The notes beneath the pieces are model-generated. The model worked only from the letters and a program-made list of their open reading frames with translations, made no database searches and had not been told where the DNA came from. 24,000 bases of DNA from Pseudomonas phage GP100: sequence record LT986460.2; one strand, 5' to 3'. This document shows, piece after piece, positions 14,762 to 23,860 of this stretch. Position 1 is the stretch's first letter. Each line of letters begins with the position of its first letter. A program made the position numbers and the translations under genes.

Positions 14762-16483
14762 ATGGGCCAATGTCTTTTAAAGACAGCTCACAGTTGCGGT
14801 ACACGTAACGGTTTGCAAGTCTATGAACAAGAAGATGGAAGCCTAGATGGGTATTGCTGGTCGTGTAATACGTTCGTAGCAAACCCACTGGGTGTTGGTA
14901 AAACCATACAAGACATCCCCAAACATGAGCGACTCTCTAAATCAGCCGAAGAAATTCAAGCTGAGCTTGACGAGATTAGCGAGTGTGGTGTCATCGATCT
15001 GGTGGATAGGCGCCTCCGAGCAGCAGCCCTTGATCACTACGGTATCAAGGTCGGCTATGACCGAGCTGATGGCAAGACGCTTAAGTTCCTGTATTTTCCG
15101 TACACTAACAAAGGGCGCCTTCAGTCCTTCAAGGTGAAATTAATTGAAGGGAAGAAATTCTGGTCCGTAGGGGACCAGTCAAAGGTGGACTTGTTCGGTT
15201 GGGAGCAAGCCAAAGAAAGTGGGGCCAGACGTTTGGTCATCACAGAGGGTGAACTCGATGCTGTTGCGCTCAAGGTTATCTTCGACACATATGAGAAGGC
15301 GGAGTATAAGGATACTATTCCGGCTGTATGTAGTCTTCCTCATGGTGCAGCATCTGCACACAAGGATATCTCACGCCTGTCACCAGAGATCAAGAAGTAC
15401 TTCAAGGAAGTAAGCTTCTGTTTTGATGATGACGATGCAGGACATAAGGCTACAGAGGAGTGCCTCAAGGTATTCCCTGGTGCTACAGTCATCAACCTGC
15501 CGTGCAAGGATGCTAACGATTGCATCATCAAGGGCAAGGGCAAGGGCGCTTACCAGGCGGCCAAGTGGAAAGCTGAAGTCAAGAAGAACACTAGGCTTGT
15601 GTTCGGTGAGGACTTGCACGAGGAAGCACGAGAGGTGGCAAAACGAGGCGAGCTTACATGGCCTTGGGAAAAGCTTAACAACATCACTCGTGGTATCCGT
15701 TACGGCGAGACCATTTACATTGGTGCCGGGGTTAAGATGGGCAAGTCGGAACTCTTGAACGAGTTGGGCGGGCACTTCATCAAGAACCACGGTGTCAAAG
15801 TGTTCATGGCCAAGCCCGAAGAGGCCAACAAGAAGACTTACAAACTTCTTGCAGGCAAGATTGTGGGCAAGGTGTTCCATGACCCTGATCGTGACTTCGA
15901 CTTCGACGCGTACGACAGGGCCGGAGAGGTCCTCAAGGGCAAGTTGGGCATGGTTAACCTTTACCAGCATCTGGGGTGGGAGTCTCTCAAGGCTGACATC
16001 TATGCAGCGGCTGGGTGGGGTGCCAAGGTCATCTTCATTGACCCAATCACGAACCTGACGAATGGTATGGAAGCAGCAGCAGCCAACATCAAACTGCAAG
16101 AGATTGCACAAGAGTTGGCAGCGATGGCACTAGACCTGAACGTTGTTGTGTTCATCTTCGTCCACTTGAAAGCCCCAGAGGGGAACGTAAGTAAGGACGC
16201 TCGTCTCAAGTCCTATAAAGATGGCAAGTACATCGGCCTAGGCAATTGCCCTCACGAGCTTGGTGGGGACGTAAGTTCGAACCAGTTCGCTGGGTCACGG
16301 GCTATGATGCGTTCCTGTAACTACATGCTTGCACTCAAGGGCAACAAGGACTCAATCTTGAACGATCATGTCCGCAACATCCGTGAGCTTGAGCTGTTGG
16401 AAGACCGAGAGTTCGGTGAGGTGGGTAACTTCCCACTGTACTGGAACAGGAACACAACCCACTTTGAAGAGTTGGATCAATAA
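14762..16483 (+). CDS. DNA primase/helicase, T7 gp4-like (TOPRIM plus DnaB-type helicase)
   Basis: N-terminal CysxHis-type zinc region (SCGTRNG...GYCWSC), TOPRIM LVITEGELDAVAL, FDDDDAG, Walker A-like GAGVKMGKSELLNEL, Walker B VIFIDPITNL. Confidence 0.93.
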   Translation: MGQCLLKTAHSCGTRNGLQVYEQEDGSLDGYCWSCNTFVANPLGVGKTIQDIPKHERLSKSAEEIQAELDEISECGVIDLVDRRLRAAALDHYGIKVGYDRADGKTLKFLYFPYTNKGRLQSFKVKLIEGKKFWSVGDQSKVDLFGWEQAKESGARRLVITEGELDAVALKVIFDTYEKAEYKDTIPAVCSLPHGAASAHKDISRLSPEIKKYFKEVSFCFDDDDAGHKATEECLKVFPGATVINLPCKDANDCIIKGKGKGAYQAAKWKAEVKKNTRLVFGEDLHEEAREVAKRGELTWPWEKLNNITRGIRYGETIYIGAGVKMGKSELLNELGGHFIKNHGVKVFMAKPEEANKKTYKLLAGKIVGKVFHDPDRDFDFDAYDRAGEVLKGKLGMVNLYQHLGWESLKADIYAAAGWGAKVIFIDPITNLTNGMEAAAANIKLQEIAQELAAMALDLNVVVFIFVHLKAPEGNVSKDARLKSYKDGKYIGLGNCPHELGGDVSSNQFAGSRAMMRSCNYMLALKGNKDSILNDHVRNIRELELLEDREFGEVGNFPLYWNRNTTHFEELDQ

Positions 16484-16650
16484 TGTATGTCAAAGAAGCT
16501 GATCGTGAAGTAGGCACTTGCACTGAGTGCATGCAAGTTGGTGAGTTGAACGAGCGTGGTGTCTGTGACTTCTGTGAAGATCCGTATGGGAGGTCTGCAC
16601 TAGCCATGTTATTGGACCTTGAAGAGGCCATCTTGCATGGACAGGAATGA
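16483..16650 (+). CDS. small zinc-finger protein (55 aa, CTECMQVGELNERGVCDFC)
   Basis: Start overlaps the primase stop (TAATG); CxxC...CxxC. Confidence 0.6.
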   Translation: MYVKEADREVGTCTECMQVGELNERGVCDFCEDPYGRSALAMLLDLEEAILHGQE

Positions 16651-17125
16651 AGTCTTTGGTAAGTTCTACGCTGACAACAGGGACGACTTAGTACGTCGGC
16701 TGTCATACGGGGCGGGTAGTCCTGAGGCAGCTGAGGACGTGCTACAAGAGGCCTCAGTGCGTGCCTTGGTGTACTGGGACACATTCAATCCAGAGCAGAA
16801 GGAGCTGGGGGCGTGGTTCAGCACCATCCTCAAGAACGCTCTAAGGGACTACAAGCGTGCTGAGTGGCTGTTCGGGATGGGTGAGGAGTTCGATGAAGAG
16901 CTTTATGACCCACAAGAGATGCCAATCGACGAGACGGAACTCATTAGACAAATCTACGCAATGATCGATGACAAGATTGAGGATCACCAAGAAATCCTCT
17001 TGTTGTACTTCGAGAAGCACTACTTGGTTAGGGACATTGTGAACCTGACGAACTACAACGCTGCTACGATTGGGCAAGTAGTTCGACGCTTTAAGAAGGA
17101 GGTACTAGCGAAGCATGGCACTTGA
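16637..17125 (+). CDS. ECF-like sigma-70 family protein
   Basis: Region 2-like PEAAEDVLQEASVRALVYWDTFNPEQKELGAWFSTILKNALRDYKR and region 4-like IEDHQEILLLYFEKHYLVRDIVNLTNYNAATIGQVVRRFKKEV. Confidence 0.7.
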   Translation: MDRNEVFGKFYADNRDDLVRRLSYGAGSPEAAEDVLQEASVRALVYWDTFNPEQKELGAWFSTILKNALRDYKRAEWLFGMGEEFDEELYDPQEMPIDETELIRQIYAMIDDKIEDHQEILLLYFEKHYLVRDIVNLTNYNAATIGQVVRRFKKEVLAKHGT

Positions 17126-18992
17126 GGCTGTCTTCGATATTGAAGGTGATGGATTTAAGCCAACTAAGATTCACTGTGTGGCGATGCAAGTTAACGGCAA
17201 GATTTACGACGAGGTTGATTATGACCGCGAGCGCTCTTTCTTCGCCAAGGCTGATGTTCTTATCGGCCACAACATCGTCAGGTTCGACATCCCTATTGTT
17301 GAGCGGATTCTGGGCATAAAGGTTAAGGCTAGGCTAGTAGATACACTGCCTCTGTCTTGGTACTTATATCCTAAACGAGCTAAACATGGCCTGGCGGACT
17401 GGGGAGAAGAGTTTGGTGTACCCAAGCCACCTATCGAAGACTGGGATAACCTGCCGCTTGAAGAGTATGTCAACCGTTGCAGGGAAGACGTAAAGATTAA
17501 CACCAAGTTGTGGCAGAAGATCTGGAAGGACCTTCTAAAGCTCTATGGTGACGAGGAGAAGGCGTGGCGTCTTATCGACTACCTAACCTTCAAGATGGAC
17601 TGTGCGAGGGAGCAGGAAGCTTCACGTTGGCTCCTAGACGTTGACCATTGCACTAAGACCCGCGACAAGTTGGTCGCACTGCAACAGGAGAAAACAAAAG
17701 AACTGGCAGCGGCCATGCCTAAAGTTCCCAAGTACGGGAAGTTTAAGAAGCCAGCCAAGTGTTTCAAACTCAACAAGGATATGTCAGAAGCTGGTAAGAC
17801 TTGGTTCGCCATGTTGGAGCGAGAGGGTCTTCCTGCGGATACGGGAGGAGTAGTGGAAGTAGTTGTGGAGGTCAAGGAACCTAACCCCGGCTCTCATCCA
17901 CAGGTCAAAGACTGGCTCTACGGCTTAGGCTGGGAACCAGAAACCTTTGAATTCAAAAGAGACAAGGCAACCGGGGACATAAGAAAGATCCCCCAAATCA
18001 ACCTCAAGGAAGGTAAGGGTGTATGCCCTTCTATCAAGAAGTTGTTTCACAAGGAGCCAGGTCTGGCTGTCTTGGAAGGTTTGTCTATTCTTACTCACCG
18101 CATCGGCGTGCTGAACGGATTCTTGGCTAACGTGGATGAAGATGGTTATGTCCAAGCGAAAATCCAAGGACTCACCAACACGTTACGCTTCAAGCATCGG
18201 GTGGTTGTCAACCTTCCGGGTGTTGATAAGCCTTATGGCGCTGACATACGTGCTTGTCTGGTGTGCCCTGAAGGTTATGAACTGGGCGGCAGTGATATGA
18301 AGGGGCTTGAGGACCGCACGAAGCAGCATTACATGTGGCCCCATGACCCTGAGTATGTGTCTTCGATGTTGGAGGATGACTTTGATCCTCACATTGACAT
18401 TGCTGTCTTTGCAGGTTTGATGACACAGGAGGACGGTGATGCTTACAAGGCTGCGGACAAAGAGTTTGAGAAGACTCCTATGTTCAAGGCCCTTAAGGTA
18501 GTCCGAGCTGTAGGTAAAAAAGGTAACTACACAGCTGTCTATGGTGCAGGAGCTGCTGCAATTGCTCGTGCTATTGGTCGGCCCCTACAAGAAGGAGAGA
18601 AGTTTAAGGACGCCTACTGGAAACGTAACTGGTCTGTGCTGGCCATCGCTGAGGAACAGCTGGTCAAGAAGGTGTTGGGTGGCATGTGGTTGTTCAATCC
18701 CGTAAGTCAGTTTTGGTATAACTTACGGTATGAGAAGGACCGCTTCTCTACTCTCAACCAAGGTACAGGCGTTTACTGCTTTGACCGTTGGATCATGGAG
18801 GTGCGTAAGAAGCGCCCACAACTGACTGGACAAATGCACGACGAGATCATTGTAACAATCAAGAAGGGCCATCGTGAGGAGCTTACTAAGTTGCTGAAGG
18901 ATGCCGTCAAGGTTGTCAATGATGAACTTAAACTCAACCGAGAGCTGGACATATCCGTCGAGTTCGGAGATAGCTATGCGTCCATCCACTAA
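17115..18992 (+). CDS. family A DNA polymerase with N-terminal 3'-5' exonuclease
   Basis: Exo motif VFDIEGDG, IGHNIVRFD; polymerase motif A GSDMKGLEDR; motif B RAVGKKGNYTAVYGAG; motif C QMHDEI. Confidence 0.95.
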   Translation: MALEAVFDIEGDGFKPTKIHCVAMQVNGKIYDEVDYDRERSFFAKADVLIGHNIVRFDIPIVERILGIKVKARLVDTLPLSWYLYPKRAKHGLADWGEEFGVPKPPIEDWDNLPLEEYVNRCREDVKINTKLWQKIWKDLLKLYGDEEKAWRLIDYLTFKMDCAREQEASRWLLDVDHCTKTRDKLVALQQEKTKELAAAMPKVPKYGKFKKPAKCFKLNKDMSEAGKTWFAMLEREGLPADTGGVVEVVVEVKEPNPGSHPQVKDWLYGLGWEPETFEFKRDKATGDIRKIPQINLKEGKGVCPSIKKLFHKEPGLAVLEGLSILTHRIGVLNGFLANVDEDGYVQAKIQGLTNTLRFKHRVVVNLPGVDKPYGADIRACLVCPEGYELGGSDMKGLEDRTKQHYMWPHDPEYVSSMLEDDFDPHIDIAVFAGLMTQEDGDAYKAADKEFEKTPMFKALKVVRAVGKKGNYTAVYGAGAAAIARAIGRPLQEGEKFKDAYWKRNWSVLAIAEEQLVKKVLGGMWLFNPVSQFWYNLRYEKDRFSTLNQGTGVYCFDRWIMEVRKKRPQLTGQMHDEIIVTIKKGHREELTKLLKDAVKVVNDELKLNRELDISVEFGDSYASIH

Positions 18993-19077
18993 GATTTATG
19001 GTGATGAAGACAGCCCCTATGACTGGTGGGACTTGCCAGATCATGATCATTTTATCAGCGAAGAGGAAACAAGCTAA
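18976..19077 (+). CDS. tiny acidic protein (33 aa, MRPSTKIYGDEDSPYDWWDLPDHDHFISEEETS)
   Basis: Overlaps the polymerase 3' end and couples (TAATG) to the next ORF. Confidence 0.4.
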   Translation: MRPSTKIYGDEDSPYDWWDLPDHDHFISEEETS

Positions 19078-19430
19078 TGAATCAAGCACAAGTGAAGTAT
19101 GCACGCACTCGCATTGATGACATTGCCAGCAAGAAGCGTCTAGAAATTCAAGACAAGTTCATTGTACAGAAGCCTGCCATGTCTTTTGAGGACAAGATTG
19201 AGGCCATCAAAGCTGGTCAATTTGTGAAGGGTAAGTATGACCAACTTGACTACATTGTGTTCGACGCCCTTAAGGACGATGGTAAAGAGCAACGTGAAAT
19301 TGACAAGAAGAAAGAGCTTGACGCAGTGAGTGCCTTCAAGACTAAGCTGCTCGACGACTTGATGCTTGGCGACAGTGAAGAGGCCCTCAAAGCCATACAA
19401 GATTTCGAAAACTTTAAGGTAGGTAAATAA
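19077..19430 (+). CDS. hypothetical protein (117 aa)
   Basis: Track ORF, AGAGGAAACAAGC upstream. Confidence 0.8.
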   Translation: MNQAQVKYARTRIDDIASKKRLEIQDKFIVQKPAMSFEDKIEAIKAGQFVKGKYDQLDYIVFDALKDDGKEQREIDKKKELDAVSAFKTKLLDDLMLGDSEEALKAIQDFENFKVGK

Positions 19431-19433
19431 CTA

Positions 19434-20141
19434 ATGGCATTGAATGCACGTAAAGTAAAATCCCAGGCCAAAGGCCCTAAGCAAGAACCGATGGATGAGG
19501 GTACTTACCCAGCACGAGTGGTGCAGGTAATTGACTTCGGTGTACAAGAGCAACGTGCTTACAAAGGCGCCCCTAAGCCACCAGCCCAAACCATCTATCA
19601 GACTTACGAGTTCCTCGACGAGTTCTGTAAGGATGAGAATGGTGATGACTTGGAAGACAAGCCACGTTGGCTATCTGAGCAGTTCCCACTATTCAGTCTT
19701 GAGGCTGACTTGGCTAAGTCTACTAAGCGTTACTACGCCCTGGACCCTGACGAGAAGTACGGTGGTGACTTCCTCCTGCTGGCTGGTGAGCCTTGCATGG
19801 TCACGATCAACCAATACGAAAGTAAAGGTGAGATCAAGAACGGCGTTAGCTCTGTAGCTGCCATGCGTCCTAAGGAAGCAGCCAAAGCACCACAGCTTGT
19901 TAACCCACCTAAGGTGTTTGTTATTGACGCCCCTGATCTGGAAGTATTCAAGTCGTTGCCTGACTGGATGCAAGAGAAGATCAAGGAGAGCCTGGAGTTC
20001 GAAGGTAGCGCTCTGGATGAGGCCCTGAACGGCGATAAGCCAGCACCTAAGGCCAAGGCTAAGCCTGACCGCAAGGCTCCTGTAGAGAAGCCTGAAGAGC
20101 CTGAGGTTGAGGAAGAAGAAGAGGACGACATCCCTTGGTAA
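19434..20141 (+). CDS. ssDNA-binding protein-like (T7 gp2.5 functional analogue)
   Basis: Long acidic C-terminal tail ending EEEEEDDIPW; position between polymerase and exonuclease genes. Confidence 0.65.
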   Translation: MALNARKVKSQAKGPKQEPMDEGTYPARVVQVIDFGVQEQRAYKGAPKPPAQTIYQTYEFLDEFCKDENGDDLEDKPRWLSEQFPLFSLEADLAKSTKRYYALDPDEKYGGDFLLLAGEPCMVTINQYESKGEIKNGVSSVAAMRPKEAAKAPQLVNPPKVFVIDAPDLEVFKSLPDWMQEKIKESLEFEGSALDEALNGDKPAPKAKAKPDRKAPVEKPEEPEVEEEEEDDIPW

Positions 20142-20320
20142 TATACATTTGGCCTAACGGCGAGTGGATTTACGCATGGGAAGTTTCAGGTTTCACAATG
20201 AAGCACAGCACCGTCCCTGAGGGCGGTCGCTGGGTGGACCTTGATAACCTCCATGCCGTACAACCTCAGCTGTCAGTAGAAGAAAAGCAAGCTATCTGTG
20301 AAGCCCTCGGCAGTGAATGA
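20135..20320 (+). CDS. hypothetical small protein (up to 61 aa; start uncertain)
   Basis: Non-ATG start needed (TTG/GTG), YIWPNGEWIYAWEVSGF... Confidence 0.45.
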   Translation: MVIYIWPNGEWIYAWEVSGFTMKHSTVPEGGRWVDLDNLHAVQPQLSVEEKQAICEALGSE

Positions 20321-20391
20321 TGCAGGTTGGTGTGTAGTATTTATCCTCCTGTGCTTCACTGTCTTTATGTACAACAAAATTGGAGTAATCT

Positions 20392-20766
20392 GTGGAAGTT
20401 AAAGAGTTTAAAGCTGGCCAGTTTGCCCTTATCGAAGGTGAAGGTCTCGCTAAAGATGGCCTGCCTGGTGGCACCATTGTGTACTTGGCTGGCGAGACCC
20501 TCCTCCGTGAGTCAGAGGATGACCCATACCTGTTGCGTCGTGCGTTCTTGGCGGCTAAGGTCGTGGACTACCACATTCAAGTGGAAGACAAGCCGTTCCT
20601 AATCACTAACAAGAACCTGGCCCCTGTGGAAGACTTCGAGTTGGCTGCTTTGGAAGAGGTCTATCATTCGGACTTCGCACCTAAGGAGGAAGTGGATGAA
20701 GAAGATTTTCTTTCTGGTGTAACCTGCAACCCTGATGCTCCAGAGGAGTGTGAGTCATGCCAGTGA
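20392..20766 (+). CDS. hypothetical acidic protein (124 aa, GTG start)
   Basis: Track ORF between SSB-like and exonuclease genes. Confidence 0.75.
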   Translation: MEVKEFKAGQFALIEGEGLAKDGLPGGTIVYLAGETLLRESEDDPYLLRRAFLAAKVVDYHIQVEDKPFLITNKNLAPVEDFELAALEEVYHSDFAPKEEVDEEDFLSGVTCNPDAPEECESCQ

Positions 20767-20942
20767 CTGATTTTGAGTCGGCGGAGTGGAATGAGGAAAG
20801 GGTAAAACTTGAGAAGGAAGTGCTCCGTTCGGTGTTCGCCCTCGGCACCTTCATGGGTTGTAACAGCTTCACTCTGCCCGGGACGCTCAATGTGGTCCAG
20901 GTAAAAATTGCCCGTAAGGAGTTTAATGAAGCCCCTAGTTGA
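20757..20942 (+). CDS. hypothetical protein (61 aa)
   Basis: ATG overlapping the previous stop; GAGGAGTGTGAG RBS. Confidence 0.6.
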   Translation: MPVTDFESAEWNEERVKLEKEVLRSVFALGTFMGCNSFTLPGTLNVVQVKIARKEFNEAPS

Positions 20943-21804
20943 TGCGGACATCCTTGTGTATGAGATTGCCAACTGTGGTCAGTTCACTGATCCAGAGACT
21001 GGTGAGTTCATTGTCCGGGAGTTCGACTATGTAGCTGGCTTGCTTGATGATAAGATCAGGGAGATTGAGGCACTGGTTTGGGCGACTGAACCAGCCGTTC
21101 TCTACCTCACTGGCGATCGCAAGCTAGTCAAGTCTATCAATAAGAAGAAGAAGCACCAGGGTGAACCAGAGATTGAGTTCAAGCCTAACTTCCGCTTCGA
21201 GACAGCAAAGAAGAAAGACTACAAAGCAGGACGTAAGCAAGAAAAACCGTTCCACTACAATAACATTCGTGAATATATGCTCGCTAACTACGAGTGTGTC
21301 ATCGCTGATGGTATGGAAGCAGACGACATGATCTGCGTGGAACTAATTCGCAACGGGGATCAACTGAGTGCCATCTGCTGCTCACGTGACAAAGACCTTC
21401 GGATGGTCCCTGGCATGCATTTTGGCTGGGAATGTGGCAGACAGCCACAATTTGGCCCACAAAGGGTGGATTTTTTAGGTGAACTCAGACTCTCAAAAGA
21501 CAGAAAGGTCGTTAAAGGTGAAGGAATTAAGTTCTTTTACAGCCAGCTTATCACAGGCGACAGTACGGACAACATACCCGGTTTACGGGGAGGTGGTCCG
21601 GTCCTTGCTTTCGAGTCCCTTACTGACCTCGGGTCAGAAGAACTTCTGTTTGAATGTGTGGCGCGGCTATATGAAGAGAAATGCGGCGAAGATTGGCGAG
21701 TAGAAATGCAGGAGCAAGCCGATCTTCTTTGGATGATCCGCGAACTTAACGAAGACGGAACCCCAGTTAAGTACGTAATGTATGACGAGCGAGTGCATGA
21801 CTGA
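20926..21804 (+). CDS. 5'-3' exonuclease (T7 gp6-like, FEN/PIN-like)
   Basis: MKPLVDADILVYEIA, VIADGMEADDMICVEL, CSRDKDLRMVPG, ITGDSTDNIPGLRGGGP. Confidence 0.88.
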   Translation: MKPLVDADILVYEIANCGQFTDPETGEFIVREFDYVAGLLDDKIREIEALVWATEPAVLYLTGDRKLVKSINKKKKHQGEPEIEFKPNFRFETAKKKDYKAGRKQEKPFHYNNIREYMLANYECVIADGMEADDMICVELIRNGDQLSAICCSRDKDLRMVPGMHFGWECGRQPQFGPQRVDFLGELRLSKDRKVVKGEGIKFFYSQLITGDSTDNIPGLRGGGPVLAFESLTDLGSEELLFECVARLYEEKCGEDWRVEMQEQADLLWMIRELNEDGTPVKYVMYDERVHD

Positions 21805-22336
21805 TTGGTTTACATCAGACACGCACTTCTCCCATAAGGCAATCCAGCGATTCTGTCCCGGCACCCGCTGTGACGGTTCCTTGGAGGAGCATGACCAGCG
21901 TCTCATCGACAACTGGAAAGCTCAAGTCAAGGGAGAGGATCGTGTTTTTCTGCTAGGTGACGTATCCTTTGCTACAGTGCAAGGGACTGAAGAGATCCTA
22001 CAGCACCTGACAGGTGAGATTCACCTGATCTATGGTAATCATGATGAGCAGTTGAGGCGAGCGAAGTTCGACAGGTACTTCGCCTCCCGTCAAGACTACA
22101 AGGAAATCAGCATTGAAGGCCAGAAGGTAGTGATGTGTCACTTCCCCATTTGGGAGTGGAACAACATGCACCATGGCGCTTACAACCTGTTCGGCCATGT
22201 GCACCAGAACTATATGACCACACGAGGCAGATCCATGAACGTCGGCATTGATGCGCGACCGAATGGCGACATGTGCCTATTTAGTTGGGATGAGGTTCGG
22301 GCATTCATGGCAGATAAACCTGTGGTGCCACACTGA
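21797..22336 (+). CDS. calcineurin-like metallophosphoesterase
   Basis: FTSDTHFSH, VFLLGDVSF, IYGNHDEQ, CHFPIWEW, LFGHVHQ. Confidence 0.92.
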   Translation: MTDWFTSDTHFSHKAIQRFCPGTRCDGSLEEHDQRLIDNWKAQVKGEDRVFLLGDVSFATVQGTEEILQHLTGEIHLIYGNHDEQLRRAKFDRYFASRQDYKEISIEGQKVVMCHFPIWEWNNMHHGAYNLFGHVHQNYMTTRGRSMNVGIDARPNGDMCLFSWDEVRAFMADKPVVPH

Positions 22337-22869
22337 TGATGGTCGAGGGACTGTTGTCGGAAGACGAGCTGGATCAACTCAGATTAGAACTCGGTCGTTC
22401 AGACTACATGCCGTTACCTCTTGGGGATGGTGTGATTATGTCTGTCTGTGCGCTGTCACAAACAGCCAAGACATTCATAGCCGACGCTGTTGAGAAAGCA
22501 TGGGGGAAACCCTTGTCCATAGTGGAGATGTTTTGCAGGTATAACTCCCCTGAGATTGATACGTCCTTTCGTATCCACTCAGACGGCCTTATACAGGGCT
22601 TAGAGCCCGATGTAGCTAGTGTCCTATACCTTACCACAGGCCAGACAGGAACAGCGCTCTTTGAGCACCCTGAGCACGGCACAGAGGGCAGGGGTATGAT
22701 CTTCCGTGAGGATGATGGACTCTGGAAAATGACGGAATTCTCTCCAGAGGTGGAGAACAATGCCGTAATCTACAACGCTAACAGATTCCACTCCAGATGG
22801 CCGCCCAAAGCTGACGGTCATAGGTTCGTAATCGTAGGATTTTACCAAGAGGTGGAGATTGAAACTTAA
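22336..22869 (+). CDS. 2OG-Fe(II) oxygenase-like protein (prolyl 4-hydroxylase-like)
   Basis: HxD context FRIHSDG, LYLTTGQTGTALFEH, distal His NNAVIYNANRFHSRWPP, Arg in GHRFVIVGFY. Confidence 0.7.
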   Translation: MMVEGLLSEDELDQLRLELGRSDYMPLPLGDGVIMSVCALSQTAKTFIADAVEKAWGKPLSIVEMFCRYNSPEIDTSFRIHSDGLIQGLEPDVASVLYLTTGQTGTALFEHPEHGTEGRGMIFREDDGLWKMTEFSPEVENNAVIYNANRFHSRWPPKADGHRFVIVGFYQEVEIET

Positions 22870-23038
22870 AGAAAGGGATACAGGAGCTGAATTAACAGCT
22901 AGCAGTCTAGAAAATCTTATAGATGCCCTGGGCAGATCTAAGAGTCTGGATAAAGATGGAATATATTTTTCAGTGCACACTTCAGACCTATCTGATGCTA
23001 TATACATCCTAGAGCAAATTCTGTTTAATGAGGTGTGA
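22859..23038 (+). CDS. hypothetical small protein (59 aa, TTG start)
   Basis: Open frame filling the gap; weak start. Confidence 0.35.
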   Translation: MKLKERDTGAELTASSLENLIDALGRSKSLDKDGIYFSVHTSDLSDAIYILEQILFNEV

Positions 23039-23039
23039 C

Positions 23040-23192
23040 ATGCTTTGGCAAGGTAAACCAATTGAAGAGTATAGCAAAGCCGAGTTGATCTTGATTATCG
23101 AGTCCTTGGCCATGAATCTGAGACGCCAATCCGAGCGTCACGTAGAAGAGTTGGAGGGATTGATTGGGAAGACCAATGGGCGAGCTGGTTAA
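23040..23192 (+). CDS. hypothetical small protein (50 aa, MLWQGKPIEEYSKAELILIIESLAMNLRRQSERH...)
   Basis: ATG after ATGAGGTGTGAC; coiled-coil-like. Confidence 0.5.
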   Translation: MLWQGKPIEEYSKAELILIIESLAMNLRRQSERHVEELEGLIGKTNGRAG

Positions 23193-23619
23193 GTGCGATG
23201 GCAAATGGTCGCAGGCCAAATTCAACAGCTTCATTAAAAACAATTTGAGAAGCGCAACCCGTAAATGGGCTCCGATACAGCAATGCAAGAAACGCGCACA
23301 CGTTAGCCGAGGGCTATACAGATGTGAATGTTGCGGGCAAGAGGTGCCCCCAACCATCTTTGATGAAGATAAACGTAAGCGCGTAAAGAACATCTTTGTT
23401 GACCACACAATCCCCATCATTGACCCAGCAGTGGGCTTCACGACTTGGGATGAGTGCATTGAACGGATGTTCTGTGACTCAAGTAACTTACAACTCTTAT
23501 GTGGCGATTGCCATAAGGTGAAAAGTATTGAGGAAGTTGGTGTTGCGAAGGAACGTCGGAGACGTGCCAAAGAAGAACAATTCGAAGACGAAGAGGAATT
23601 TGACATTGAAGAAGAGTAA
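23176..23619 (+). CDS. HNH-type endonuclease (endonuclease VII-like, likely functional analogue of T7 gp3)
   Basis: YRCECCGQEV...IFVDHTIPI...NLQLLCGDCHKVKS; gene position after the exonuclease block. Confidence 0.75.
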   Translation: MGELVKCDGKWSQAKFNSFIKNNLRSATRKWAPIQQCKKRAHVSRGLYRCECCGQEVPPTIFDEDKRKRVKNIFVDHTIPIIDPAVGFTTWDECIERMFCDSSNLQLLCGDCHKVKSIEEVGVAKERRRRAKEEQFEDEEEFDIEEE

Positions 23620-23860
23620 TAGTCCACGGTTTGATGATGTGCAATCTGTATCGTTGCGCACTTGGAACCGATGCTCCATTGTCTTTAATCTGCGTGCTGA
23701 TGCAGGTGATGAAGAGGCTCGGAAGTACGTCGCTCAGTTTGACGACATTGCACGACAGCAGATGAAGGCAATGTTTGACTACATTGCTGTGAAGGGATAC
23801 TCCACCGTACGCACTGAAGTGACTAATGGTGTTATGGATAAGCGGGTGGCAGCACAGTGA
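23606..23860 (+). CDS. hypothetical protein (84 aa, TTG start likely)
   Basis: Track ORF 23528..23860; TTG at 23606 inside the acidic end of the HNH gene. Confidence 0.55.
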   Translation: MKKSNSPRFDDVQSVSLRTWNRCSIVFNLRADAGDEEARKYVAQFDDIARQQMKAMFDYIAVKGYSTVRTEVTNGVMDKRVAAQ

